A stretch of 64,000 nucleotides of DNA from an uncultured Candidatus Saccharibacteria bacterium (GTDB lineage Bacteria; Patescibacteriota; Minisyncoccia; Phycocordibacterales; Zambryskibacteraceae), in NCBI GenBank assembly GCA_964509605.1, contig CAZDXF010000001.1, forward strand, positions 79,619-143,618. The letters are read 5' to 3'. Shown in pieces: positions 9,661 to 19,249 of this stretch (position 1 is the stretch's first letter; each line of letters starts with the position of its first letter). The notes beneath the pieces were generated by a model that had not been told where the DNA came from, did not search any database, and saw nothing but the letters and a program-made list of their open reading frames with translations. Both the position numbers and the translations under genes were made by a program.

Positions 9661-10737
9661 ATGATTATTGCTGATATCGTAAAAGTTTTTCTTCCTGCAG
9701 TTCTGGCTTTTTGTATTGGAGTTTTAATAACTCCCATAATCACAAACTATCTCTATAAAAATGAGATGTGGAAGAAAAAAGCTGGCAAAATGACGCTCGA
9801 TGGAAAAGAAACTCCAGTCTTTAACAGTTTGCATAAAGAAAAAGAAGTAGGTACTCCTAGAATGGGCGGGCTCGTCATTTGGTCTTCTTCTGTAATTACG
9901 ATTCTTGGGATTTGGATAATCTCACTCACACTTCCATCTGACTTAAGTTCCAAACTTGATTTTCTAAGCAGGAATCAAACTTGGCTTCCTCTTTTTACTT
10001 TAATCTTGGGATCTCTAATTGGTTTACTTGATGATTATTTGGAAGTAAGCGGTGGAGGAGGACATGTTGCGGGGGGACTTTCCCTTAAAAAAAGACTTTT
10101 GGCCGTTGGAGCTATTGGTATTGTTTCTGGATTTTGGTTTTTTTCAAAACTTGATGTATCGGGAATAGGACTGCCAAACGATGGATTTATAAATTTAGGT
10201 TGGTTCTTTATTCCTTTCTTTGCGTTAGTAATGATAGCCATATATTCAGGAGGAGTGATAGACGGAATAGACGGATTGGCGGGAGGAGTTTTTGCGACAA
10301 TGTTTAGTGCATATGCAGGCATAGCTTTCTATCAACAACAAATAAATCTCGCTGCTTTTTGTCTAACGCTTGTTGGAGGAATCCTCGCTTTTCTTTGGTT
10401 CAACATTCCGCCAGCAAGGTTTTATATGTCAGAAACAGGGACAATGGGGCTAACTATAACATTGACTGTGGTGGCATTTATGACCGACTCCTTGGGTGGT
10501 GGATACGGAATTTTAGTTCTTCCAATAATTGCAATGCCTTTGGTAATAACAACCCTGTCCAACATCATCCAAGTAATTTCAAAAAAAATGAGAGCGGGTA
10601 AAAAGGTTTTCCTTGTTGCCCCAGTTCACCACCATTTTGAAGCAATTGGATGGCCCGGATACAAGGTTACAATGAGATATTGGATATTTGGTGTTGTTTT
10701 TGCAATTCTCGGAGTCATTTTGGCCATAACGGCCTAA
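9661..10737 (+). CDS. mraY: Phospho-N-acetylmuramoyl-pentapeptide transferase
   Basis: 10-TM protein with a DDxxD-like LLDDYLE motif and the PVHHHFE motif. It sits in a dcw-like order with ftsW and murG. Confidence 0.95.
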   Translation: MIIADIVKVFLPAVLAFCIGVLITPIITNYLYKNEMWKKKAGKMTLDGKETPVFNSLHKEKEVGTPRMGGLVIWSSSVITILGIWIISLTLPSDLSSKLDFLSRNQTWLPLFTLILGSLIGLLDDYLEVSGGGGHVAGGLSLKKRLLAVGAIGIVSGFWFFSKLDVSGIGLPNDGFINLGWFFIPFFALVMIAIYSGGVIDGIDGLAGGVFATMFSAYAGIAFYQQQINLAAFCLTLVGGILAFLWFNIPPARFYMSETGTMGLTITLTVVAFMTDSLGGGYGILVLPIIAMPLVITTLSNIIQVISKKMRAGKKVFLVAPVHHHFEAIGWPGYKVTMRYWIFGVVFAILGVILAITA

Positions 10738-10750
10738 GAAAAAATTTGAA

Positions 10751-11857
10751 ATGCGTAAACTGACCTATGACAAACCATTCATAGTTTCCATAATTATTCT
10801 AGTGGTTTTTGGTTTTGTAATATTTAATTCGGCGTCTTTGGGACTTTTAGCAAAAGGTGGAGAAAAATACTCAAATGTGGCTTTTTCTCAAACTTTTTTT
10901 GGGCTTTTCCTCGGAACTGTTGCTCTATTGATAACTTCAAAAATAAACTATAAAAATTGGAAAAAATACTCATTTTATCTTCTTTGCTTTTCAATATTTC
11001 TAACTCTATTAGTTTTTACCGGCTTAGGTTTTGAGCATGCTGGAGCAAAAAGATGGATCCTAATAGGCAATTTTTCATTTCAACCTTCAGAATTGTTAAA
11101 GATAGCGTTTGTTATATACATTGCAGCTTGGCTGTCTGGTGTGAGAGAGAAGGTTAAGACTTTTAAATTTGGGATGTTGCCACTTGTTATTATTCTGGCA
11201 ATTTGTGGGGCAATTTTATTGAATCAGCCAGATACTGACACATTCGTAGTAATGTTTACGGCAGGACTCGCTGTTTATTTGTCGGCTGGAGGAAGTTGGA
11301 AATCAATACTAACAATGGTAATAATAGCTGTCTTGGGAATACTTTTGATCGCCAACTTTAGACCTTATGTAAAACAGAGACTGATGACTTATATAAAACC
11401 GACCGAAAACAGCTTGAGCTCTGGTTATCAACTCCAACAATCTTTAATAGCCATAGGATCTGGTGGCATAACCGGTAGGGGCTTTGGACAGAGCATACAA
11501 AAATTCAATTTTCTACCGGAACCGATAGGAGATTCGATCTTTGCGGTAGCGGCGGAAGAATTTGGTTTTGTTGGAGGAGTTTTTCTAATTTTTATGTTTA
11601 TATTTTTTGCTTTCAGAGGACTAAAAATAGCCACCCGTACAGAAGATTCCTTTGGTAGACTCCTAGTTGTTGGGATTGTTATAATGATAGTCTCACAGGC
11701 ATTTATAAACATAGGAGCAATGCTTGGAGTTCTGCCACTTACCGGAATACCTTTGCCATTTGTAAGCCACGGAGGAACCGCGCTTCTTATAACACTGGCT
11801 TCTGTGGGAATTGTTTTAAATATTTCAAAGAACCAAAGAAATCAATCTGCTAATTAA
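10751..11857 (+). CDS. ftsW: SEDS-family peptidoglycan glycosyltransferase FtsW/RodA
   Basis: Polytopic membrane protein carrying the conserved SEDS C-terminal region (GIPLPFVSHGGTALL). It lies between mraY and murG. Confidence 0.9.
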   Translation: MRKLTYDKPFIVSIIILVVFGFVIFNSASLGLLAKGGEKYSNVAFSQTFFGLFLGTVALLITSKINYKNWKKYSFYLLCFSIFLTLLVFTGLGFEHAGAKRWILIGNFSFQPSELLKIAFVIYIAAWLSGVREKVKTFKFGMLPLVIILAICGAILLNQPDTDTFVVMFTAGLAVYLSAGGSWKSILTMVIIAVLGILLIANFRPYVKQRLMTYIKPTENSLSSGYQLQQSLIAIGSGGITGRGFGQSIQKFNFLPEPIGDSIFAVAAEEFGFVGGVFLIFMFIFFAFRGLKIATRTEDSFGRLLVVGIVIMIVSQAFINIGAMLGVLPLTGIPLPFVSHGGTALLITLASVGIVLNISKNQRNQSAN

Positions 11858-11860
11858 ACT

Positions 11861-12991
11861 ATGAAAATACTATTTACGGGCGGAGGAACTGGAGGTCACT
11901 TTTATCCAATAATCGCCATTGCTCAAGAGATAAATGCAATCGCAAAACAAAATAAATTAGCTCAAGTCGAGCTTTTTTACATGTCTCCGACTCCATACAA
12001 TGCCGGCATTCTTTTTGATAATAAAATTACATACAAAAAAAATTCGGCCGGAAAAATAAGAAGGTATTTTTCTATAATGAATTTCTTTGATTTGTTTAAA
12101 ACTATATGGGGAACCATAAAATCTATTTGGGAAATATTTCTGATTTATCCTGATGTTATTTTTGGAAAAGGTGGTTATGCAAGCTTTCCAGCAATCTTGG
12201 CTGGAAGAATTTTAAGAATTCCAATAATAATTCACGAATCTGATTCTGTCCCTGGGCGAACAAATGCATGGGCGGGAAAATTTGCTGAAAAAATAGCTGT
12301 TTCCTACCAAGAAGCCTCGAAGTATTTTAAAAAAAATGAGCGAGTTGCTTATACCGGGCAACCTGTAAGAAAAGATATACAACTTGCTCTTTCTACAAAT
12401 GCCCACGAATTCTTGAATTTAGATAAAAACATACCAACAATTTTTGTTCTCGGTGGATCTTTGGGGGCTAAAAAAATCAATGACATAATTCTAGAATCTA
12501 TACCTCAACTGGTGAATAAATACCAAGTTATTCACCAAACAGGGAAGGCAAATTTTGAAGAAGTGAGACAAACAGCCGAGGTTGTCTTGCAAAAAAATCC
12601 AAACAAAGAGAGATACAGGTTGTATGACTATATGGACGATCTGACACTTAGATCAGCGGCTGGAGCAGCCAATTTGATAATATCTCGAGCGGGCTCAACA
12701 ATATTTGAAATAGCGCACTGGGGAATTCCTAGCATTATAATCCCAATAACAGACTCAAACCAAAACCATCAATCCAAAAATGCGTTTGCTTATGCGAGAA
12801 CTGGATCTGCTGTAGTCATAGAAGAAGAAAACCTGACTGACAACATTTTAATCGCGGAAATTGGTAGAATCTTAGAAAATCCAGAAATATACAATAAGAT
12901 GGAGGAATCTACGAAAGAATTTGTAAGACCAGAAGCTTCAAAACTTATTGCTGAAGAGTTATTAAAGATTGCCTTAAAGCACGAAAAATGA
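11861..12991 (+). CDS. murG: UDP-GlcNAc:lipid I GlcNAc transferase MurG
   Basis: G-loop GGGTGGHFYP and a GT28 C-terminal domain. Confidence 0.9.
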   Translation: MKILFTGGGTGGHFYPIIAIAQEINAIAKQNKLAQVELFYMSPTPYNAGILFDNKITYKKNSAGKIRRYFSIMNFFDLFKTIWGTIKSIWEIFLIYPDVIFGKGGYASFPAILAGRILRIPIIIHESDSVPGRTNAWAGKFAEKIAVSYQEASKYFKKNERVAYTGQPVRKDIQLALSTNAHEFLNLDKNIPTIFVLGGSLGAKKINDIILESIPQLVNKYQVIHQTGKANFEEVRQTAEVVLQKNPNKERYRLYDYMDDLTLRSAAGAANLIISRAGSTIFEIAHWGIPSIIIPITDSNQNHQSKNAFAYARTGSAVVIEEENLTDNILIAEIGRILENPEIYNKMEESTKEFVRPEASKLIAEELLKIALKHEK

Positions 12992-14340
12992 AACCTGTAG
13001 TAAGAATAGCTCCATCACCAACTGGAAATCTCCACATAGGAACAGCTCGAACTGCTCTTTTTAATTTTCTTTTTGCCAAAAAATATGGAGGAAAATTCAT
13101 AGTCAGGATTGAAGATACTGACACCCAAAGAAGCACAAAAGAATTTGAAAAAAACATAATGGAAGGTTTTGAATGGCTTCGCTTAAAAGAAGATGAGTTT
13201 TTTAGACAATCCGAAAGAACAGAAATATATAAAAAATATTTATCAGAAATGATAAAAAACGGAACTGTTTATTTTTCAAAAGAAGATGGTGGGGAAGGGA
13301 AGAGGGCGGAGGTAATACGATTTAAAAATCCAAATAAAAAAATAAAATTTAATGATTTGGTAAGAGGAGAAGTAGAGTTTGACACAACAGAGTTAAAAGA
13401 TTTTGTCGTTGCGAAAAGTGAAACGGAACCTCTTTATCATTTGGCTGTGGTCATAGATGATCATGAAATGAAAATCACTCATGTCATAAGAGGTGAAGAT
13501 CATATATCAAACACACCGAGGCAAATTCTCATACAAGAGGCGATAGGAGCAAAGAGGCCGGAATATGCCCACATACCGCTCATACTAGCCAAAGACAGAT
13601 CAAAACTTTCAAAGAGACATGGGGCAACATCTATAAGTGAATACAAAGAAAGAGGATATTTGCCGGACGCAATAAATAATTATCTGGCTCTCTTAGGTTG
13701 GAATCCTGGGGACGATAGAGAAATATTTTCTATGGAAGAACTCATAAACAGTTTTGAGATAGAAAGAGTGCAAAAAGGTGGCGCAATATTTGATGAAGAA
13801 AAATTGAAATGGATAAACAAAGAACATATTAAAAGAATTGATCCCGAGGAACTCAAAAATAAAGTTTTGGAGCAATTTAAATCATCCTTTTTAAAAAATA
13901 AAAAACTAAACAACATAGATGAAGAAATGCTCAACAAAATACTTCCTCTCATACTTGAAAGATCGAACACCTGGAAAGATATAGATATTTTAATAGAAAA
14001 CAGTGAGTTTGATTATTTTTTCAACAAACCAGAAATAGGGGACACGAAAAAAATATTATGGAAAGATGAGAAAGATTTTGACAAGACCGCTCGTCTAATA
14101 GATGAGGTTGTGGAGATATTGAGCAACATAGAAGAGAATAATTTTACCCACAACACAATAAAAGAAAGTGTTTGGCAACTTGCTGAAAAAGAGGGGAGAG
14201 GGACCGTGCTTTGGCCAATGAGATTTTCTCTCTCTGGAAGAGAAAAATCACCAGATCCTTTTGTTTTAGCCGAAATACTAGGGAAGACAGAAACTTTGGA
14301 GCGACTAAAGTCTTCGTCCGTAAAATTAAAAAATAAATGA
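12988..14340 (+). CDS. gltX: Glutamate--tRNA ligase
   Basis: PSPTGNLHIGTARTALFN (HIGH motif) and KLSKR (KMSKS motif). Confidence 0.9.
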   Translation: MKPVVRIAPSPTGNLHIGTARTALFNFLFAKKYGGKFIVRIEDTDTQRSTKEFEKNIMEGFEWLRLKEDEFFRQSERTEIYKKYLSEMIKNGTVYFSKEDGGEGKRAEVIRFKNPNKKIKFNDLVRGEVEFDTTELKDFVVAKSETEPLYHLAVVIDDHEMKITHVIRGEDHISNTPRQILIQEAIGAKRPEYAHIPLILAKDRSKLSKRHGATSISEYKERGYLPDAINNYLALLGWNPGDDREIFSMEELINSFEIERVQKGGAIFDEEKLKWINKEHIKRIDPEELKNKVLEQFKSSFLKNKKLNNIDEEMLNKILPLILERSNTWKDIDILIENSEFDYFFNKPEIGDTKKILWKDEKDFDKTARLIDEVVEILSNIEENNFTHNTIKESVWQLAEKEGRGTVLWPMRFSLSGREKSPDPFVLAEILGKTETLERLKSSSVKLKNK

Positions 14341-15629
14341 GATATATTTCATTTTTTATTACACTTTTAATATCCACCTCTTTTTTCCTAAATGTTGGAG
14401 TGGTTTATTCGCAAACAATAGAAGAACTCCGAGCTCAAATAGAGGCAAAGAGAATAGAAAAAGAAAAACTGGAAGAAGAAAATAAGAGACTTGAAGCGCA
14501 AATACAGACGACGCAAAGAGAAGCAAAAACTCTACAAAGTGCAGTGTCTTCGCTTGACGCTACTCAGAAAAAACTCCAGAACGATCTTCAGGTGACTCAA
14601 AACAAAATAGGAAGTACTGAATTGTCCATAAAACAACTTTCAATTGAAATAGAAAATAAAGAAAAACAAATAGTCTTGAACAAGGAAGCGGTAGCAGAGA
14701 GTCTGAGGAGTTTATATCAAAAAGAAAATACTTCAATTATAGAAACAATGCTTCAACACAAAACAATTGCGGAACTTTGGGACAGCGTTGAGACACTAAA
14801 AAGATTTCAAAACACGGTTGAAAGACGAATTGTAGATCTTCAGGATTTAAAAAATCAGCTAGAAGACAAAAAAAGTGAAAGTGAGGGGCAAAAAAGAAAC
14901 CTCGAAGGTTTAAAAGTTGAGCTTGCTGATAGAAAAGAAGTTGTTGAGGATAACAAAAAAGCAAAAACTGTACTTTTAAATCAAACTAAAAATCAAGAAG
15001 CTGAATACAAGAAACTTTTAGAAAAAAATCTAGAGCTCGGCAGAAAATTTGAACAAGAACTTTTTGAATTTGAATCTCAACTTCAAATTAAAATTGATCC
15101 TTCGAAAATTCCAGGTGCAAAATCTGGAGTTCTTCAGTGGCCTTTAGATAATATATTTATAACTCAAAGATTTGGCAGAACGGTTGATTCTAAAAGACTA
15201 TATGTATCAGGAACTCACAACGGAGTTGACTTTAGAGCATCAATGGGAACTCCAGTAAAAAGTGTTTTAGCGGGTGTTGTTCAGGGTGTAGGAAATACCG
15301 ATGACCAACCGGGTTGTTTTTCCTATGGCAGATGGGTTCTTATAAAGCATAACAACGGGCTATCCAGTCTTTACTCGCATCTATCGAGCTCAAAAGTGAG
15401 TTCTGGACAAACTGTTGGAACTGGGGAAGTCATAGGATTTTCCGGAGGCCAACCAGGAACACCAGGGGCGGGATATTCTACGGGCCCACACCTTCACTTG
15501 GGTCTATATGCTTCTGAGGGTGTTGAAATAAAAAAATACACCAATAGCAATTTCTGCAAACAAGTTTCAATACCAATATCAAGCTCTAGCGCTTATCTTG
15601 ATCCGCTTTCATACTTGCCACCAATATAA
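14337..15629 (+). CDS. M23-family peptidoglycan endopeptidase with N-terminal coiled coil (EnvC-like)
   Basis: Signal/TM segment, a long coiled coil, and a C-terminal LytM domain (GTHNGVDF...HLHLG). Confidence 0.85.
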   Translation: MRYISFFITLLISTSFFLNVGVVYSQTIEELRAQIEAKRIEKEKLEEENKRLEAQIQTTQREAKTLQSAVSSLDATQKKLQNDLQVTQNKIGSTELSIKQLSIEIENKEKQIVLNKEAVAESLRSLYQKENTSIIETMLQHKTIAELWDSVETLKRFQNTVERRIVDLQDLKNQLEDKKSESEGQKRNLEGLKVELADRKEVVEDNKKAKTVLLNQTKNQEAEYKKLLEKNLELGRKFEQELFEFESQLQIKIDPSKIPGAKSGVLQWPLDNIFITQRFGRTVDSKRLYVSGTHNGVDFRASMGTPVKSVLAGVVQGVGNTDDQPGCFSYGRWVLIKHNNGLSSLYSHLSSSKVSSGQTVGTGEVIGFSGGQPGTPGAGYSTGPHLHLGLYASEGVEIKKYTNSNFCKQVSIPISSSSAYLDPLSYLPPI

Positions 15630-15648
15630 ATGTAATACAATAAGAAAT

Positions 15649-15930
15649 ATGAAAAAGAATGGGCAAAGAGGTTTTATAGGTTTAATCATAACTTTAGTAG
15701 TTGCTTTGGCGCTTTTAAAATACTTTTTTGATTTCAATATAATAGATTTTATAAAATCCCCAAAAGTTGCCGAGGTTTTTGATTATATAAAAAGAGCAGT
15801 CTTGCTTGTTTGGAATAAGTTTCTTTTGTATCCTGTTGTCTGGTTTTGGGACACAATAATCATCGGCTTGGTCTGGGAAGGACTTAAAATGGGTTACGGA
15901 ATCCTTACTGGGTGGGTAGACGGTCAATAA
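15649..15930 (+). CDS. Small hypothetical membrane protein
   Basis: The ATG at 15649 follows the M23 peptidase stop. Two predicted TM helices. No motif recognised. Confidence 0.4.
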   Translation: MKKNGQRGFIGLIITLVVALALLKYFFDFNIIDFIKSPKVAEVFDYIKRAVLLVWNKFLLYPVVWFWDTIIIGLVWEGLKMGYGILTGWVDGQ

Positions 15931-16206
15931 GTTAAAAATGAAGATAGTAAAGACAACAACATTTTATCTTTTAGCTGTGGTTTATATTCCACTCTATATT
16001 TTTATGCACCTAACATACAGTTGGTGGGAAGGGCTTTTGGATTAATAAATTAATAAACCGTACACAAAGAATAGCAAGGTGGCCCCTGAAGCCAAAGCCC
16101 CTCTAGATATATAGTACCGCAAAGATATATTGTGCGACATACTTATATTCTAAGGGAGTGTGCTCCCCCACAGCAATAAGCGGTAATACCTGAACAAATA
16201 AAGTAA

Positions 16207-16240
16207 ACAAAAAACCCGGGAACTCCCGGGGTTTTTGTTT
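16207..16240. terminator. Bidirectional rho-independent terminator
   Basis: AAAAAACCCGGGAACTCCCGGGGTTTTTG, a GC hairpin flanked by A-tracts and T-tracts, lying between convergent genes. Confidence 0.6.
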
Positions 16241-16424
16241 ACTGGCATGAATCGCAAATGTTTCTTTCTGCTGGATCTTCAATTTCAGGAAAATCGTCAG
16301 ATCTCAAAGAAACCGGTTCATGACTATAATTTTCTTCTGGCATAGCTTTTATATTATCTACCAATCTTTAAATCTTAAAAATGTGGATATTGCTCTTCAA
16401 AACAATTTCCCTACCCTGTCCATA

Positions 16425-16997
16425 CTAAAACTTCCTTATAACGGCCTTTACAATAGCTGCAACCTGAAAACTTTCCTGAGGATACATTGGCTTGTAATTT
16501 TTATTGGCTGGTTCAAGCCAGACTTTTTCTCCTTTTTTTCTAAAGTATTTCATAGTCCAACCACCATCAATTTCAGCAATGACAATGTCTCCATCGCGCG
16601 GATCCCCCTTTCTCTCCACTAAAACATAATCACCCTCATCTATGTGAGCTTCTATCATTGAATCTCCTTTAACTTCCAAAATATAGGTTTTATCTTTTTC
16701 TTCAACGAGAAAATCTTCCAGACTTATTGTGTCCAAATTTTGCTCTTCGGTTTCTGTTGGAAGACCGGCCTCAACCAAACCCAAAATGGGTATTTCATCA
16801 AAAACTTTTGCCGGAACAATGCGTCCTTGTGGGTCTTTTGAGACAATTCCCTCCTCGACTAGCCAAGAAATTAGTTTATGAACCGAATTTTTGGATTTAA
16901 AACCCAAAAGAGCCATTACCTCTTTATATCCTGGCATTCGCCGATTTTTTCTGTAAAAATCCAGAATTCTCTCTTTTTGTTCTTGTTTTTTGTTCAT
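16425..16997 (-). CDS. lexA: LexA repressor (S24 peptidase)
   Basis: N-terminal winged HTH (ILDFYRKNRRMPGYKEVMALLGF) and a C-terminal S24 domain with GDSM and the catalytic Lys region. A GAAC-N4-GTTC box lies upstream. Confidence 0.9.
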   Translation of the reverse strand: MNKKQEQKERILDFYRKNRRMPGYKEVMALLGFKSKNSVHKLISWLVEEGIVSKDPQGRIVPAKVFDEIPILGLVEAGLPTETEEQNLDTISLEDFLVEEKDKTYILEVKGDSMIEAHIDEGDYVLVERKGDPRDGDIVIAEIDGGWTMKYFRKKGEKVWLEPANKNYKPMYPQESFQVAAIVKAVIRKF

Positions 16998-16999
16998 TT

Positions 17000-17197
17000 T
17001 TATAAAAGAAAAGACATAAAACTAAAGGACGACCTGGTTGATGAGCTTCTTGAAACATCGTTCAGCATTGAAAGGAGCATCTTATGTCTTCTGGCTTCCC
17101 TTCTGTAAGGAAAACCTTTTATGATTTTGAAATCAATTTCTTCATTTATTTTTTCTATTTCTGAAGAAATTTCTTGAATGAGTTTTTGTTGGCTCAT
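17000..17197 (-). CDS. Small ORF (65 aa) immediately upstream of and co-directional with lexA
   Basis: Its stop abuts the lexA start, and the LexA-box-like palindrome lies ~45 nt upstream of its ATG. No homology recognised. It could be an SOS-induced small protein. Confidence 0.3.
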   Translation of the reverse strand: MSQQKLIQEISSEIEKINEEIDFKIIKGFPYRREARRHKMLLSMLNDVSRSSSTRSSFSFMSFLL

Positions 17198-17237
17198 AAT
17201 TTTTAAAATGATTTCTTAATATGTATATATTATAAGT

Positions 17238-17253
17238 GAACTCTGGTTCACCT
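17238..17253. promoter_or_regulatory. Putative LexA operator (GTGAACTCTGGTTCAC, GAAC-N4-GTTC type)
   Basis: Perfect inverted repeat matching the Gram-positive-type Cheo-box core. It sits in the divergent intergenic region between the small-ORF/lexA unit and the dsbA-like gene. Confidence 0.5.
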
Positions 17254-17324
17254 TTCAATAGATAATTGTGGATAACTTTAATCTTTGCTAAAATAAGCCT
17301 TTAAACGCTTAAAATAAAACAAAA

Positions 17325-18005
17325 ATGAGCTTTATAAAGAGAAACATTTGGGTTGTAGGGTTTGCGGTGCTTTTAGTGGGAGCAATATTTGCAATGTGGG
17401 CCTCAGGCAGAAACTCTGCTATTCCACCCACCGCTCCAATAGTTCAAGAAAACGCGGATATTTCTGTAAATGAAAATGATCATATAAAAGGTAGCCCAAA
17501 CGGAGTTATTACATTGGTTGAATTTAGCGATTTTCAATGTCCAGCTTGCAAAGCTTATGCTCCCATACTTTCCGAACTTTCCCGTCAGTTTCCTGATGAT
17601 TTGAGAATTGTTTATAAACACTTCCCACTAAGATCTATTCACCCTGGGGCAGAACCAGCGGCCAGAGCATCTGAAGCCGCTGCTTTACAAGGAAGATTTT
17701 GGGATATGCACGATATTCTTTTTGAAAACCAAGATGCGTGGGGCCGTGCACCAAGTAGAAACCTTTTTGAAAAATATGCTGGAGATATTGGATTAGACAC
17801 CGAGCAATTCAAAAGAGATTATGATTCTTCTATTGTCAGAGACAAAGTGACTGCAGACTCAGCCCTTTCAGCCGAGCTTGGTTTGAATTCAACACCAAGT
17901 TTTTATCTTAACGGTAGAAAAATTAACAACCCTCTTTCAGTTGAAGAATTTGCGGATCTCATAAGAGCGGAGCTTGCCGTCACTCAAGGTCCAGGCCCTC
18001 AGTAA
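17325..18005 (+). CDS. DsbA-family thiol:disulfide oxidoreductase
   Basis: N-terminal TM anchor and a thioredoxin fold with CxxC (FQCPACKAY). Confidence 0.85.
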   Translation: MSFIKRNIWVVGFAVLLVGAIFAMWASGRNSAIPPTAPIVQENADISVNENDHIKGSPNGVITLVEFSDFQCPACKAYAPILSELSRQFPDDLRIVYKHFPLRSIHPGAEPAARASEAAALQGRFWDMHDILFENQDAWGRAPSRNLFEKYAGDIGLDTEQFKRDYDSSIVRDKVTADSALSAELGLNSTPSFYLNGRKINNPLSVEEFADLIRAELAVTQGPGPQ

Positions 18006-18456
18006 CAAAATGTCTAAGAAAATATTACTAGGATTGTTTCTTCTAATAGCTCTTATAGGCTTTACGGACGCCTTCTATCTAACAATAAATGCCTTTTCAA
18101 ACACAATTCCACCCTGCTTTATAGCGCAAGGTTGCGATGTTGTGACCACGAGCTCATATTCAAGATTATTTGGTATCCCAATTGCACTTTTAGGAAGTCT
18201 CTACTATTTAACCCTGTTTATTCTTGGTCTTTATTACCTGGATAAGAAGAGTCTTGTCATCGCTTCCGCACTGCCGTTAATAACCGCTGTTGGTTTTGTA
18301 TTTTCTCTCTACCTTGTTTATCTTCAAATATTTGTAATAGGAGCTCTTTGTAGCTATTGTCTATTCTCAGCAGGGTCTTCAACTGCTTTATTTATCTTAT
18401 CGCTCTTCCTGAAAAAAGATTCTAAAAAAATAGAAACTAACGCTGTAATTGAATAA
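17974..18456 (+). CDS. VKOR-family membrane protein (DsbB functional analogue)
   Basis: 4-5 TM helices, a loop Cys pair (CFIAQGC) and an active-site CxxC (CSYC). It overlaps the dsbA-like gene. Confidence 0.7.
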   Translation: MPSLKVQALSNKMSKKILLGLFLLIALIGFTDAFYLTINAFSNTIPPCFIAQGCDVVTTSSYSRLFGIPIALLGSLYYLTLFILGLYYLDKKSLVIASALPLITAVGFVFSLYLVYLQIFVIGALCSYCLFSAGSSTALFILSLFLKKDSKKIETNAVIE

Positions 18457-18500
18457 AAAACAAAACAAAAGCCCTCCCGATTATCGGGAGGGCTTTTGTT

Positions 18501-18857
18501 TTATCTCTTAGCTATTTCAGTGTATTTAGCCCAACAGTTTGAAGATGCAAGCCAAGGTCTAGCTCCTTCTCTTTCGTAGAGATATCTGGCATAAGCCATA
18601 TTCCCTTCAAGAGAGTGGATGTCATACCCGAGCTTTTTGGACTTCTCAAGGTGAAAATACTCGTTTATCTGCATTACTCCTACGTCATATCGATTCTCAA
18701 TCCCCCTAAGAACGCTTCCGTTCTTGTTGAATTGTCTGAAACTAGACTCGCAGTATGCGATATCGATCATTATTGGAATATCCGAAAAATATTTCGTAAC
18801 CAATTGTTCAGTTGTGAGAGGTGCTTCTTCTTTCTGTTCTTCGACTACCGCTTCCAC
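18501..18857 (-). CDS. Lytic transglycosylase (SLT/GEWL-like domain)
   Basis: Catalytic-region motifs AYCESSFRQF...GVMQIN...AYARYL. Upstream to ~18960 the frame stays open and encodes a signal-peptide-like stretch (KFIFNLATVGILAVVSGFS) with no ATG. The true start is probably a non-ATG codon upstream. Confidence 0.7.
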   Translation of the reverse strand: MEAVVEEQKEEAPLTTEQLVTKYFSDIPIMIDIAYCESSFRQFNKNGSVLRGIENRYDVGVMQINEYFHLEKSKKLGYDIHSLEGNMAYARYLYEREGARPWLASSNCWAKYTEIAKR

Positions 18858-19249
18858 TTTCTGTAAAGAAAGAGTGGAAGAATCGGCTGGAAGAGAAAGT
18901 GTGCTAAACCCGGAAACGACTGCTAAGATTCCTACGGTTGCAAGATTAAATATAAATTTAAAGGTTAGGAATAATTCTGGTTTTCGCTTCTAAAAAAGAA
19001 GCCGGAAGTCAGAAAAATTTCTGTTCTTTTCCATATCACGACTATATTGAGTTTGGAAAAGCAAAAATCCAGCTCTTCACTGGACTAACACAATTGTAGC
19101 AGGTTTCATTAAAAAAGTCAATGACTTTTATGTATTTTATAGTATAATAATCCTTATTTTAAGCCATATTTTTATTATTTTAAATTAGACAATTTTTATC
19201 ATTTTTTGTCCAAAATCAATTTTTTCTGATTTTTAAAAATTTTCTTCAA

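Noticed and set aside
16320-16622. 100-aa plus-strand ORF
   Set aside because: It is antisense to lexA. The low-complexity product has no signals.
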